Shown: positions 44,191-56,523 of the stretch, one piece after another | How positions within the stretch are numbered: the first letter of the stretch is position 1 | How the letters are laid out: every line of letters begins with the position of its first letter | Assembly (NCBI GenBank): GCA_000002445.1 | Contig: CP000071.1 | Coordinates: 832,001-896,000 of the forward strand | Length of the DNA stretch: 64,000 nucleotides | Direction: 5' to 3' | From: Trypanosoma brucei | Lineage: Eukaryota | Notes under the pieces: generated by a model | The model's database searches: none | The model's input: the letters and a program-made list of their open reading frames with translations, nothing else | Told to the model about the DNA's origin: nothing | Position numbers and translations under genes: made by a program

Positions 44191-46179
44191 CAACCTATAC
44201 TGCAGAATAAAGCAAACAGATAAAAGCGTGGTCTCAAAGGTGGCTCATTTGAATATAAAGCATTGTTACAGCGACAGTCCTCGACTGCTCGTTCCTTCGG
44301 AATAGGCCACCCTCCGCAAGTCCCCCACACCAGAAGATGTGCTACAACGGAAACGAGCAACACCCCTCGCGTCTTTAGCGCACGGTAGGGGACCCGGTGT
44401 ATCTAGAAAGAACGAGGGGGGAAGGGGCCACAGCCGATGCCACTCCTAGTACCTGGTCACCAACTGCCCTCCATAAATTCTAGTCCTTCCTCACAGTGAC
44501 GCATCCCTCCATGCTGTGCCAGCCGTAACGGCCCGCGCACCGCACTCGCAATGTTCTCCAGCTCTGGCCGCAAATCGTAAGTGCAACAGCTCATTACCGT
44601 CGTCATGGCTGTAGTAAGCACCAGTGGTCGGTGCCACGGCTACGTCACCTACCACCTCTAAGACTCCATCATCGGCGGCTTGAGAGCCTCCGGATTCCTG
44701 TGGAAACGGGGCTGACGAGAAGTTCACGACTCCGGTTCACAGCGACAGCGGCATATTCTGCGGCCTCACTGCTAAAATGAAGATCCGCCTCCTTCAAAAA
44801 CAAAGCGCGGTTTTGAAGCAGTAGCTCACCAGGCAAAAAAAGGAACTACTTCGGCCCCCCGTTCAATGACGATCTCCACGGGAACCCAACCTCTTTGGCC
44901 AGTGACGGCGAGGACCCCTCGCGCTTCCACGCTCCGGTATAGTGCTTGCCCTTTCCTCACTCACCAGCGCGACCGCGCTTCTCAAACAGACTCGGCGTTT
45001 GCTGGTTTGGTGCGCCAACAGGTCCATACGCGGCACAATCCCGACGCAGGGAACACACCAGTACGTGGCGTGGCGACTGTGAGTTGGTGCCTGAAGCAGC
45101 ACATTCGTGTCGAACTGGTTTCTTGGGGTGCACGCATAAAGTGCGTGTCTGCCGCTGCAGTCATTAACATAACATTCTCTTTCCATGCCCTTCTCGATGG
45201 TGTTCCCCTTGTATGGGCACCGACGGTCTATCGCTTTACCTCCTTTTTTACTTTTTCTTTTTTAGGGTGGGGAACACAACCACCATGCACCATGCTACAG
45301 GGGTAGCGAACGGCAGCTATCACTCGCATGCCCACTTTCCGGGGACGGTATGAGCGTTCCAAGGTGACTCCTTTTTGCTTAGCAACAGAGGCAGGGAGGG
45401 ACCGCCACGAGCTGGATCGGCACAGCCGAACGTCGCGCCGCATGGCCGTATACGGGACTGGTTGACCTCCGCGCTGGCTGACGCCGGCCTATGAGTTCAA
45501 AGATCGAGAGCTGGAGCGTTTTCTCTCTTTGACCCACGGCTGGTCGTGGCGTTCTAATCCTACGTTGTGGCAGGAGGAGGGTGTGGAGTTCACTTTCCTC
45601 CGGGTGCGAGAAGGCGCCCTAATAGGGAAGATAGCTTGTGAATGCTTTCCCTTCTGGTGTGTTACCAGTCGGTGTCTGCTCTAAGCGGGGATGCCTGTGA
45701 GACGCGTTGGGTGCCGGCGCAGCAACGTGATTCTCTGTGGGCGTAGCCGTTGGTGGGGCGCGTAGCTTTATCTCTGGGGATGCTTAGTGTGCCACCACCA
45801 GTCTCGTGAGAGGGGTGTCGTGAATTTCCGCTGTCGGTGATGTTGGGGATTTTCGTTGTGTTTTCATCATGCCAGGGTGGGTAGGGGAGTTTTTTTTTTC
45901 GTTTTGAATGATGGTACGACCCGTGCGTCTGTGTCGGGGGTTGGGCAGGTCGTATTAATCTAGCTTTTCATTGCATTGATTTGCACGTCATTATTTTTAT
46001 TATTGATGTGTAGGAAACGTTGATGTACTTACGTGCTTGCAAGCACGCAGGCGCGTAAACTCTTCTCGTCTATACCAATTTAATGTTTTCATTTGCTTGT
46101 ATTAACACACATTGAATCCCGCCATATGGGGTCAAGTTTGTGGTACCCCACTGAGTTGCTAAGCGACAAATAGAGTTGA

Positions 46180-47448
46180 ATGATGTCGAGTTTATTAGCG
46201 GACACTCAGTTTTCGGGGAGGGCAGGCTTACTCTCGTGGATCAACAAAATGTGCTCAGCGCAGTACCCTAGCGTTGTGTCGTTGCGCGACGGTGCTGCGT
46301 ATTGTAGTGTCGTTGATGCTACTGCTAACCGTGTTGCAGAGAACTGCGCAGCATTTGGCGTACCTGAACTTACTGTTTATCAGAAGCGTGCGAAACGGTC
46401 GTCACAGCTTCTTGCTCGAGTTTCATGGGGGGCAACCCTAGCAACTTGCGCCAACCAGGATCCCTCTCTGGACAGCATTAAGGAACGAAATCAGTGTGAA
46501 AGGAACATGCAAACGCTGCAAATTATGCTTTACGAGTGCCTGCCACCGGAGTTTTCTTTGGAGATAGACGTGCCGCGCTTGGCATGTGGTAAACTGCAAG
46601 ATCACGTGCAGCTGCTGAAGCGGATGCACATCATTGTAGGTAAACTTTTGACGTTATTTTCGAAACAGAGTCTTGAGCTAAGGATCCGATCGTCCAGCAA
46701 CTTCGGATGTGTGGAAGGTGTGAGAATAACGCGGGCAATGATGCTCCATCGTAAAGCATCACAAAAATATATAAACGACCATTCTCCTAGTCGGCTTAAG
46801 AGGGAAGATGCCGGCATTTTTGGCGATACTCGTGGTCATTTAAGCCTGAGTACAAATCAGAAAAGTGCTCCCAGGTGCGGTAATGACAATGTTATGCCCG
46901 TAACTCCTGGAAGATATACAGTATTATCTAAAGGACAAAAAGGACCCCCTAATTCCAGGGGGACACATTCTGCTGAAGGGACTGAGCTGCGCAGCAGCCT
47001 TTTTTCGACAGCAGGTTCTGATGGTTGTGGTTCCCTTGAATCCCGCTGCAGCTCAACTACGGGGATGTCAAAACCTTTTTTTACAGTACCCCAAAGGTAC
47101 TGTCATCTGCTTGGCGATTTACGGCAAGAGGTTGAGTCATACGAGGCCCTAGTGCAGGCCTCGCAGGGCCGGCATCAGCGGGGCCTCTTGGCAGGTGAAT
47201 GTGGTAGTAACGATGATGCCCAGATGGTGGAACGAAGTGGTATTAGCACGTTTCATGGGGATGCGCCAGTTGTATGCTTGGAGAGCTTGGGCACACTATC
47301 TGGGAAGAGGGATAAGCTTTGGCAAACTCTTAGTGTGATACATGGCACCGCAGCTCACAGGGCAACTGAATTGGGTATAGGGGGCAACGGTAAAGCGTCA
47401 GCGCCGCCCTTGCTAGGAGATATCTTGTCAGCACTAACCTTGCAGTAG
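46180..47448 (+). CDS. Calponin-homology (EB1-like) domain protein (422 aa)
   Basis: N-terminus RAGLLSWINKMCSAQYPSVVSLRDGAAYCSVVDA resembles the EB1 CH domain ([33 protein letters not shown]). First gene after the 2-kb divergent strand-switch region. Confidence 0.55.
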   Translation: MMSSLLADTQFSGRAGLLSWINKMCSAQYPSVVSLRDGAAYCSVVDATANRVAENCAAFGVPELTVYQKRAKRSSQLLARVSWGATLATCANQDPSLDSIKERNQCERNMQTLQIMLYECLPPEFSLEIDVPRLACGKLQDHVQLLKRMHIIVGKLLTLFSKQSLELRIRSSSNFGCVEGVRITRAMMLHRKASQKYINDHSPSRLKREDAGIFGDTRGHLSLSTNQKSAPRCGNDNVMPVTPGRYTVLSKGQKGPPNSRGTHSAEGTELRSSLFSTAGSDGCGSLESRCSSTTGMSKPFFTVPQRYCHLLGDLRQEVESYEALVQASQGRHQRGLLAGECGSNDDAQMVERSGISTFHGDAPVVCLESLGTLSGKRDKLWQTLSVIHGTAAHRATELGIGGNGKASAPPLLGDILSALTLQ

Positions 47449-49698
47449 GGTACTGGAAAGATTCTAGTGGCTATGTGGTGGATTGTTCCCGCACATTTTG
47501 ATACATATATTTTTTTCTTAGTGCTGTCTTAAATATTTATTTCATTTACTCCCCCTCTTTGTTCGCTCTACTACAATTGTGCTTGCTGGTACTATACCCG
47601 ATACTAGTGAAAGTATTTCTTGCACGTGTCCTCTCTTCACCACGGTAGGATGTCTTTCAAAAAAGTCTTATCGTGTAGAATATTCACGGAGATACGACGG
47701 GTTTACATGTGGCGTTTGTTCTACCTAGGATATCTATTCTAATGGTGACTTGAAGATCATTGTTGTGGGAATTTTTGACTGCTGTTAACTTCCCCTCCAA
47801 TTGTCGCTGGTGAACTGTGAAATTGGATTTCCATATCTGTACGTCTGTAGGAAACACATCAGCAAACCTCTATTACTGGCTTACGCACTTTTTCTGCTAT
47901 CGATGTTGATGTTTCTGGGAGCTATCGGGGCAAGTGCTGTGTCGCCCGACTTTTTTTTTTTGAAACAGATATCATTTGAATGTTGACGTTTGCTTGGTTT
48001 ACTTGGTGTTACCGAATCTCTCGTGTTCACCATGGAGTGTGGAGCATTGTATGCTGCGACGGTGCTAAGTATCACTGACAGTGAGGGCACGCGTGAATTA
48101 CGGTGGAGCACATTATATAGGCTTTTCTCCACACAGTCACTCAGTGCGCCCTCGTGGATTCTTACAAGAGTTCTGCGCTTCCCAACACCAGAGGGTTGGG
48201 AACATAGAAAATGGAAATCTAACTGCAACCAAGCACGGCTTCGTCGCTTCAGTCTACCGGATGCAGTTTTTTTTTTTTTACTTTGCCGTTGGCTGAACTT
48301 CTTTTTTTCTTGTTGTGCCTTGAAGATGCGTTCGGAGTGGAAGGAAGAGAGATGCTCTGGACGTGGGGCCAAGGGTGTGGGATGCCATGAAGAAGTAATT
48401 TCCCGGAGGATGATTGCAAGAATATTGGTTTACATAAATGATCAGCAATAGAATATCTGTTTAGTCACAAGTATAAGGATGTGATTTTGCATTTGCTGAA
48501 TCTGCACCTTTGTTCAGCGAGGCACATATCGGTTGAAGCGTCGTCCAGTGATGTGGGCAGCAGTGTTTTTTTTCTTGATTACTAGGATAGGTTATTAAAC
48601 AACAACGCGATATGAGGAGATATATAACTGTGATACATGTAACCTTCTTTGCATTATTTTTCACAGATGAAAGCAGACACCGTGAGACATCCTGCCTTTG
48701 GTCCTTCAACTTACGTTGAAGGGTGTGTACGTGTGGTGAGGGAAATCCGCTGCGTAAGTTCACTAGATTGGGTAACAGAATAGATCGGCGTATTCTGCGC
48801 GATGCGTTTGCAATGTAATGAATCTTTCCATCAGAACAGGGTGATGCCCACGGGGACTTTAGACATGAAGGCTGTTGATGTCAAGCCTTTTGGGCCTTTT
48901 TTTTTCACCCTTTCTCCGCCTTTTCTACATCGTGCGTATATTCTACGTAGAAGATTTTCATTTACTCCATCGCAACTGGTCGATGTCCGCGGATAATATG
49001 TCATGAAATAACTTTCCTCTCATCATGCCTACCCCGCCATTTTCTCACGACAGCACAGTAGCAGTCACACGCCTAAAAGTCGGCAAACAACATTAAAAAG
49101 GCAAGTATTTAGGAGTTTGTAACTCAAAGATGTATTACGGGTACTTCTGAGTGGATCAGATGAGTACTGTTACACTGGTTACCGCCTGCACGCATGTTCC
49201 GCTGTAGCAGATTATTTCATCAAGTGAAACTTGGGTTCACAAAGGCCCAGCGGGAACACCAACGCAGTAAAAGAATTCGGCCCAACGTCTGCTATCGCCC
49301 GCCCATTTTAAAGAAAAGGAACCAATGATGGAATTGCAGAAGGAATATAATTGGGATACAGTACCATTTAAGAAATAGAAAAAAACAAAAATATGTTGTA
49401 ATAACCATTTCAGGTACTAAATCAGAGAAAAAAAATATAAATATTTAAATAGAAGATCGATACAACAGCAAAACTGTCACACATCTCCAACAAACATGTA
49501 TTACGAGAAACCCATGCTACAACACGTACAGATGAAATGAAGGAAGCGAAGAAAGCTTATAAAAAAATTAAAAGTTTAATAGTGAAATCAGTCATCGACA
49601 GCTGTATCATTATAAGACGGGCTAAAACGCTCATAGAACATTCGTAAAACAATGAAAGACCATAAAAGGATGATTAAAAAACAACAACAACAAAAAAG

Positions 49699-50493
49699 CG
49701 GCTGCAGACGTCCCAGGAATCTTTGTCATCATTTTTTCCTGGGAACTTGGTTCTTGGCGGCCATCTCCACGAGGCTGTAGAAAGTTCGTGGCCAATTCAT
49801 ACGTTCTTCAAACATTTTGGCGTTCTGCCGGAGATATTTTCCTTGGAATCTGGCGAGCCGTCGTGGAGGTCACATGACTACATTGGTCGACCTGAGCATA
49901 TCGAGTCTCTGTATATGCTTTACCGTGCAACACGAGATCCTACATACCTCTTGATGGGAAAAGAACTGGCACTGGCCATTAACTTGCGTATGCGCACACC
50001 ATATGGGTTTTCTTCCGTAAGTGATGTAAGGTACCCGCATCATGATGGTGTTCACAGAGACTCGATGGAGAGTTTCATGATCGCGGAGACCCTGAAATAT
50101 TTGTATCTCTTGTTTGACGAGTGCAACGCTGTTCACATGCAGGGACGGATGGGCGGTCGCGCCTCACCGCATTGTGTTATGGACAGCGGTAGCGGCAGTA
50201 GCGTCAGCCACGTGGGGTGGGTTTTCAACACTGAAGCTCATCTGTTTCCTAATTCTGCCGAGTGGTGGGCGCCTACTTCCTTGGAGACCTTGGACAAGGA
50301 GGCTGAGGATCCCGCTGCTGCGCTCAGGCGCCAGCGTTTGGAGGTAATTGACGGTTTGCTCGCGAGTTTTGAGGAAGTGGACGGTGAGGTTGTTGGGGCG
50401 AATGATAAGGGTGGTGCAGCCCTGTACCAGTTCCACTGTGCCAATCACGCCCTGAGTGATATAGGGAGGCTGTCGAAGTCTGTGTTTCGATAA
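49699..50493 (+). pseudogene. 3'-terminal fragment (about 264 codons) of a GH47 alpha-mannosidase gene at the left array boundary
   Basis: Identical to the C-terminal 40% of the full copies (RRLQTSQESLSSFFPGNLVLGG...SKSVFR*). No 5' part; it is preceded by unrelated AT-rich DNA. Confidence 0.65.
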
Positions 50494-50716
50494 TTTGTCG
50501 AGGCGCAAGGATGTATTAGCATAGTTTGCGCAGCGTACCGTTCTTGGTTTTCACCCCGTGGTTGCTTGGACTCCTCCCCTGCTTGAAAGTTCTGTTTGTC
50601 CCTCTGTACACGAACTTGCTGTGCGTAACTGCCGTTCTTTATTGCTTTGTGCTTGAGCTGCTTCTCTCCGCTGTTGGCTCCACGATGAATGCTCACGAGG
50701 ATCAACGTTTTTGAAG

Positions 50717-52483
50717 ATGCCGTGGGTTCGTGCTTTACTAGTTCTCGTGACGGTATTTTTTGTCCGTCTTCCGTCCGTGATGAGAGAGGAAAGGTTCCAC
50801 CAGTACGGAAATGGTGAAAGTAGAAAGTTGCATAATGTCAGCGATATGCATCCTATTCAAGCTGAGATGCTTCCTTATGTGCGTGACATGATTGACCACG
50901 CGTTTGGTTCATACATCAAATACGCCTTTCCCAAAGATGAATTGTGTCCTGTGAGTGGTACTGGGAAGAATACGATGGGTGGCTATGGCTGGACCCTTAT
51001 TGACTCTCTCGATACACTAGCAATTGCCGGGTTTCACAAAGAATTTCGTCGCCACGCGAAGTGGGTGGAAGAGCACTTGACCTTCGATATTGACGAATCA
51101 GTGTCGGTATTTGAGACGACTATTCGAGCTCTTGGAGGTCTTCTGGCTGCTCACTTCATGTACGAGGAGGGCATAGTCCCAATTATCCCTTCGGAGCACG
51201 ACTACAACGGCGGGTTCTTGCGGCTCGCTGTGGATCTTGCAGATCGTCTGATGCCCTGTTTTGACACGCCCACTGGGATACCATATGGGGCGATTAATTT
51301 ACGCCGTGGGGTTAGTGGTGGGGAATCGCAGCTGGCCAACACGGCCGGCGCTGGGACGTTGTTAATGGAGATGACGGTACTGTCGAGGATCACAGGCGAT
51401 GAAAAATACGAGCGTGCGGCGCGGCGTGCATCTGAGGCTCTTTTTGCGGCCAGAGATTCTCAAACTGAGCTTATGGGGAATCACATTCATACTCATACAG
51501 GAATTTGGAGACATGGTGAATCATCCGTTGGAGGGAACATTGATAGCGTCATTGAATACTTTATCAAATCACATAGTATGAGTGGGGACATTGGGGACTG
51601 GGAGCGGTTCGAGAGGACTGCGAGAGCTGTGAACCGCTATGTGCGGAAGGGTGGAATGCTGCTAGCAGCTAGCATGTATAGTGGACGGCGGCTGCAGACG
51701 TCCCAGGAATCTTTGTCATCATTTTTTCCTGGGAACTTGGTTCTTGGCGGCCATCTCCACGAGGCTGTAGAAAGTTCGTGGCCAATTCATACGTTCTTCA
51801 AACATTTTGGCGTTCTGCCGGAGATATTTTCCTTGGAATCTGGCGAGCCGTCGTGGATGTCACATGACTACGTTGGTCGACCTGAGCATATCGAGTCTCT
51901 GTATATGCTTTACCGTGCAACACGAGATCCTACATACCTCTTGATGGGAAAAGAACTGGCACTGGCCATTAACTTGCGTATGCGCACGCCATATGGGTTT
52001 TCTTCCGTAAGTGATGTAAGGTACCCGCATCATGATGGTGTTCACAGAGACTCGATGGAGAGTTTCATGATCGCGGAGACCCTGAAATATTTGTATCTCT
52101 TGTTTGACGAGTGCAACGCTGTTCACATGCAGGGACGGATGGGCGGTCGCGCCTCACCGCATTGTGTTATGGACAGCGGTAGCGGCAGTAGCGTCAGCCA
52201 CGTGGGGTGGGTTTTCAACACTGAAGCTCATCTGTTCCCTAATTCTGCCGAGTGGTGGGCGCCTACTTCCTTGGAGACCTTGGACAAGGAGGCTGAGGAT
52301 CCCGCTGCTGCGCTCAGGCGCCAGCGTTTGGAGGTAATTGACGGTTTGCTCGCGAGTTTTGAGGAAGTGGACGGTGAGGTTGTTGGGGCGAATGATAAGG
52401 GTGGTGCAGCCCTGTACCAGTTCCACTGTGCCAATCACGCCCTGAGTGATATAGGGAGGCTGTCGAAGTCTGTGTTTCGATAA
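50717..52483 (+). CDS. Glycoside hydrolase family 47 (EDEM-like ER class I alpha-mannosidase), copy 1 (588 aa); N-terminal 50 aa and upstream region differ from copies 2-4
   Basis: Signal-peptide-like MPWVRALLVLVTVFFVRLPS. GH47/EDEM hallmarks: HAFGSYIKYAFPKDELCPVSGTG, FETTIRALGGLLAAHF, GAINLRRGVSGGESQLANTAGAGTLLMEMTVLSRITGD. Real ATG at 50717; the track start 50711 is a TTG. Confidence 0.8.
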   Translation: MPWVRALLVLVTVFFVRLPSVMREERFHQYGNGESRKLHNVSDMHPIQAEMLPYVRDMIDHAFGSYIKYAFPKDELCPVSGTGKNTMGGYGWTLIDSLDTLAIAGFHKEFRRHAKWVEEHLTFDIDESVSVFETTIRALGGLLAAHFMYEEGIVPIIPSEHDYNGGFLRLAVDLADRLMPCFDTPTGIPYGAINLRRGVSGGESQLANTAGAGTLLMEMTVLSRITGDEKYERAARRASEALFAARDSQTELMGNHIHTHTGIWRHGESSVGGNIDSVIEYFIKSHSMSGDIGDWERFERTARAVNRYVRKGGMLLAASMYSGRRLQTSQESLSSFFPGNLVLGGHLHEAVESSWPIHTFFKHFGVLPEIFSLESGEPSWMSHDYVGRPEHIESLYMLYRATRDPTYLLMGKELALAINLRMRTPYGFSSVSDVRYPHHDGVHRDSMESFMIAETLKYLYLLFDECNAVHMQGRMGGRASPHCVMDSGSGSSVSHVGWVFNTEAHLFPNSAEWWAPTSLETLDKEAEDPAAALRRQRLEVIDGLLASFEEVDGEVVGANDKGGAALYQFHCANHALSDIGRLSKSVFR

Positions 52484-52733
52484 TTTGTTGAGCCGCAAGG
52501 ATGTATTAGCATAGTTTGCGCAGCGTACCGTTCTTGGTTTTCACCCCGTGGTTGCTTGGACTCCTCCCCTGCTTGAAAGTTCTGTTTGTCCCTCTGTACA
52601 CGAACTTGCTGTGCGTAACTGGCGTTCTTTATTGCTTTGTGCTTGAGCTGCTTCTCTCCCCTGTTGCATAGGAATTTGTATACCGTTTTGGGTTTTGTAG
52701 GCGGTGATTATGAAAGGCGCTCAGTTTTTGAAG

Positions 52734-54503
52734 ATGCCGTGTGTGCGTGTTTTACTAGTTCTCGTGAGGGTATTTTTTGTCCATCTGCCTTCTTTTGCTT
52801 TTGGGGATGCGTTTCCTGTGAATGGTGCGCGAGGAGGTAACAGCCAGGGCTACAATACCGATGGCATGCATCCTATTCAAGCTGAGATGCTTCCTTATGT
52901 GCGTGACATGATTGACCACGCGTTTGGTTCATACATCAAATACGCCTTTCCCAAAGATGAATTGTGTCCTGTGAGTGGTACTGGGAAGAATACGATGGGT
53001 GGCTATGGCTGGACCCTTATTGACTCTCTCGATACACTAGCAATTGCCGGGTTTCACAAAGAATTTCGTCGCCACGCGAAGTGGGTGGAAGAGCACTTGA
53101 CCTTCGATATTGACGAATCAGTGTCGGTATTTGAGACGACTATTCGAGCTCTTGGAGGTCTTCTGGCTGCTCACTTCATGTACGAGGAGGGCATAGTCCC
53201 AATTATCCCTTCGGAGCACGACTACAACGGCGGGTTCTTGCGGCTCGCTGTGGATCTTGCAGATCGTCTGATGCCCTGTTTTGACACGCCCACTGGGATA
53301 CCATATGGAAAGGTTAATTTACGCCGTGGGGTTAGTGGTGGGGAATCGCAGCTGGCCAACACGGCCGGTTCTGGGACGTTGTTAGTGGAGATGACGGTAC
53401 TGTCGAGGATCACAGGCGATGGAAAATACGAGCGTGCGGCGCGGCGTGCATCTGAGGCTCTTTTTGCGGCCAGAGATTCTCAAACTGAGCTTATGGGGAC
53501 GTATGTGTCTGTGAGTAGTGGCGGTTTTTCCTCTTCGGAGTCTTCTGTGGGTTCTGGATTAGACAGCGCCATTGAATACTTTATCAAATCACATAGTATG
53601 AGTGGGGACATTGGGGACTGGGAGCGGTTCGAGAGGACTGCGAGAGCTGTGAACCGCTATGTGCGGAAGGGTGGAATGCTGCTAGCAGCTAGCATGTATA
53701 GTGGACGGCGGCTGCAGACGTCCCAGGAATCTTTGTCATCATTTTTTCCTGGGAACTTGGTTCTTGGCGGCCATCTCCACGAGGCTGTAGAAAGTTCGTG
53801 GCCAATTCATACGTTCTTCAAACATTTTGGCGTTCTGCCGGAGATATTTTCCTTGGAATCTGGCGAGCCGTCGTGGAGGTCACATGACTACATTGGTCGA
53901 CCTGAGCATATCGAGTCTCTGTATATGCTTTACCGTGCAACACGAGATCCTACATACCTCTTGATGGGAAAAGAACTGGCACTGGCCATTAACTTGCGTA
54001 TGCGCACACCATATGGGTTTTCTTCCGTAAGTGATGTAAGGTACCCGCATCATGATGGTGTTCACAGAGACTCGATGGAGAGTTTCATGATCGCGGAGAC
54101 CCTGAAATATTTGTATCTCTTGTTTGACGAGTGCAACGCTGTTCACGTGCAGGGACGGATGGGCGGTCGCGCCTCACCGCATTGTGTTATGGACAGCGGT
54201 AGCGGCAGTAGCGTCAGCCACGTGGGGTGGGTTTTCAACACTGAAGCTCATCTGTTTCCTAATTCTGCCGAGTGGTGGGCGCCTACTTCCTTGGAGACCT
54301 TGGACAAGGAGGCTGAGGATCCCGCTGCTGCGCTCAGGCGCCAGCGTTTGGAGGTAATTGACGGTTTGCTCGCGAGTTTTGAGGAAGTGGACGGTGAGGT
54401 TGTTGGGGCGAATGATAAGGGTGGTGCAGCCCTGTACCAGTTCCACTGTGCCAATCACGCCCTGAGTGATGTAGGGAGGCTGTCGAAGTCTGTGTTTCGA
54501 TAA
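52734..54503 (+). CDS. GH47 EDEM-like alpha-mannosidase, copy 2 (589 aa from MPCVRV; an in-frame upstream ATG at 52710 would add MKGAQFLK)
   Basis: Same motifs as copy 1; signal-peptide-like MPCVRVLLVLVRVFFVHLPSFAFG. Differs from copy 1 in the N-terminal 50 aa and a TYVSVSSGGFSSSESSVGSGLDSA patch. Confidence 0.8.
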   Translation: MPCVRVLLVLVRVFFVHLPSFAFGDAFPVNGARGGNSQGYNTDGMHPIQAEMLPYVRDMIDHAFGSYIKYAFPKDELCPVSGTGKNTMGGYGWTLIDSLDTLAIAGFHKEFRRHAKWVEEHLTFDIDESVSVFETTIRALGGLLAAHFMYEEGIVPIIPSEHDYNGGFLRLAVDLADRLMPCFDTPTGIPYGKVNLRRGVSGGESQLANTAGSGTLLVEMTVLSRITGDGKYERAARRASEALFAARDSQTELMGTYVSVSSGGFSSSESSVGSGLDSAIEYFIKSHSMSGDIGDWERFERTARAVNRYVRKGGMLLAASMYSGRRLQTSQESLSSFFPGNLVLGGHLHEAVESSWPIHTFFKHFGVLPEIFSLESGEPSWRSHDYIGRPEHIESLYMLYRATRDPTYLLMGKELALAINLRMRTPYGFSSVSDVRYPHHDGVHRDSMESFMIAETLKYLYLLFDECNAVHVQGRMGGRASPHCVMDSGSGSSVSHVGWVFNTEAHLFPNSAEWWAPTSLETLDKEAEDPAAALRRQRLEVIDGLLASFEEVDGEVVGANDKGGAALYQFHCANHALSDVGRLSKSVFR

Positions 54504-54753
54504 TTTGTCGAGGCGCAAGGATGTATTAGCATAGTTTGCGCAGCGTACCGTTCTTGGTTTTCACCCCGTGGTTGCTTGGACTCCTCCCCTGCTTGAAAGT
54601 TCTGTTTGTCCCTCTGTACACGAACTTGCTGTGCGTAACTGGCGTTCTTTATTGCTTTGTGCTTGAGCTGCTTCTCTCCCCTGTTGCATAGGAATTTGTA
54701 TACCGTTTTGGGTTTTGTAGGCGGTGATTATGAAAGGCGCTCAGTTTTTGAAG

Positions 54754-56523
54754 ATGCCGTGTGTGCGTGTTTTACTAGTTCTCGTGAGGGTATTTTTTGT
54801 CCATCTGCCTTCTTTTGCTTTTGGGGATGCGTTTCCTGTGAATGGTGCGCGAGGAGGTAACAGCCAGGGCTACAATACCGATGGCATGCATCCTATTCAA
54901 GCTGAGATGCTTCCTTATGTGCGTGACATGATTGACCACGCGTTTGGTTCATACATCAAATACGCCTTTCCCAAAGATGAATTGTGTCCTGTGAGTGGTA
55001 CTGGGAAGAATACGATGGGTGGCTATGGCTGGACCCTTATTGACTCTCTCGATACACTAGCAATTGCCGGGTTTCACAAAGAATTTCGTCGCCACGCGAA
55101 GTGGGTGGAAGAGCACTTGACCTTCGATATTGACGAATCAGTGTCGGTATTTGAGACGACTATTCGAGCTCTTGGAGGTCTTCTGGCTGCTCACTTCATG
55201 TACGAGGAGGGCATAGTCCCAATTATCCCTTCGGAGCACGACTATAACGGCGGGTTCTTGCGGCTCGCTGTGGATCTTGCAGATCGTCTGATGCCCTGTT
55301 TTGACACGCCCACTGGGATACCATATGGAAAGGTTAATTTACGCAGTAAAAGTAAGGAAATGTGGATTTCGAGATCAAATACAGCTGAAGTTGGCACGAT
55401 GTTAATGGAAATGACGGTACTGTCGAGGATCACAGGCGATGAAAAATACGAGCGTGCGGCGCGGCGTGCATCTGAGGCTCTTTTTGCGGCCAGAGATTCT
55501 CAAACTGAGCTTATGGGGACGTATGTGTCTGTGAGTAGTGGCGGTTTTTCCTCTTCGGAGTCTTCTGTTGCAGGGAACATTGATAGCGCCATTGAATACT
55601 TTATCAAATCACATAGTATGAGTGGGGACATTGGGGACTGGGAGCGGTTCGAGAGGACTGCGAGAGCTGTGAACCGCTATGTGCGGAAGGGTGGAATGCT
55701 GCTAGCAGCTAGCATGTATAGTGGACGGCGGCTGCAGACGTCCCAGGAATCTTTGTCATCATTTTTTCCTGGGAACTTGGTTCTTGGCGGCCATCTCCAC
55801 GAGGCTGTAGAAAGTTCGTGGCCAATTCATACGTTCTTCAAACATTTTGGCGTTCTGCCGGAGATATTTTCCTTGGAATCTGGCGAGCCGTCGTGGATAT
55901 CACATGACTACATTGGTCGACCTGAGCATATCGAGTCTCTGTATATGCTTTACCGTGCAACACGAGATCCTACATACCTCTTGATGGGAAAAGAACTGGC
56001 ACTGGCCATTAACTTGCGTATGCGCACACCATATGGGTTTTCTTCCGTAAGTGATGTAAGGTACCCGCATCATGATGGTGTTCACAGAGACTCGATGGAG
56101 AGTTTCATGATCGCGGAGACCCTGAAATATTTGTATCTCTTGTTTGACGAGTGCAACGCTGTTCACATGCAGGGACGGATGGGCGGTCGCGCCTCACCGC
56201 ATTGTGTTATGGACAGCGGTAGCGGCAGTAGCGTCAGCCACGTGGGGTGGGTTTTCAACACTGAAGCTCATCTGTTCCCTAATTCTGCCGAGTGGTGGGC
56301 GCCTACTTCCTTGGAGACCTTGGACAAGGAGGCTGAGGATCCCGCTGCTGCGCTCAGGCGCCAGCGTTTGGAGGTAATTGACGGTTTGCTCGCGAGTTTT
56401 GAGGAAGTGGACGGTGAGGTTGTTGGGGCGAATGATAAGGGTGGTGCAGCCCTGTACCAGTTCCACTGTGCCAATCACGCCCTGAGTGATGTAGGGAGGC
56501 TGTCGAAGTCTGTGTTTCGATAA
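54754..56523 (+). CDS. GH47 EDEM-like alpha-mannosidase, copy 3 (589 aa), carrying a 66-bp in-frame replacement of the conserved GVSGGESQLANTAG motif
   Basis: Identical to copy 2 except at 55345-55410, where LRRGVSGGESQLANTAGSGTLLV becomes LRSKSKEMWISRSNTAEVGTMLM (AT-rich DNA), plus a few point differences. Confidence 0.75.
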   Translation: MPCVRVLLVLVRVFFVHLPSFAFGDAFPVNGARGGNSQGYNTDGMHPIQAEMLPYVRDMIDHAFGSYIKYAFPKDELCPVSGTGKNTMGGYGWTLIDSLDTLAIAGFHKEFRRHAKWVEEHLTFDIDESVSVFETTIRALGGLLAAHFMYEEGIVPIIPSEHDYNGGFLRLAVDLADRLMPCFDTPTGIPYGKVNLRSKSKEMWISRSNTAEVGTMLMEMTVLSRITGDEKYERAARRASEALFAARDSQTELMGTYVSVSSGGFSSSESSVAGNIDSAIEYFIKSHSMSGDIGDWERFERTARAVNRYVRKGGMLLAASMYSGRRLQTSQESLSSFFPGNLVLGGHLHEAVESSWPIHTFFKHFGVLPEIFSLESGEPSWISHDYIGRPEHIESLYMLYRATRDPTYLLMGKELALAINLRMRTPYGFSSVSDVRYPHHDGVHRDSMESFMIAETLKYLYLLFDECNAVHMQGRMGGRASPHCVMDSGSGSSVSHVGWVFNTEAHLFPNSAEWWAPTSLETLDKEAEDPAAALRRQRLEVIDGLLASFEEVDGEVVGANDKGGAALYQFHCANHALSDVGRLSKSVFR

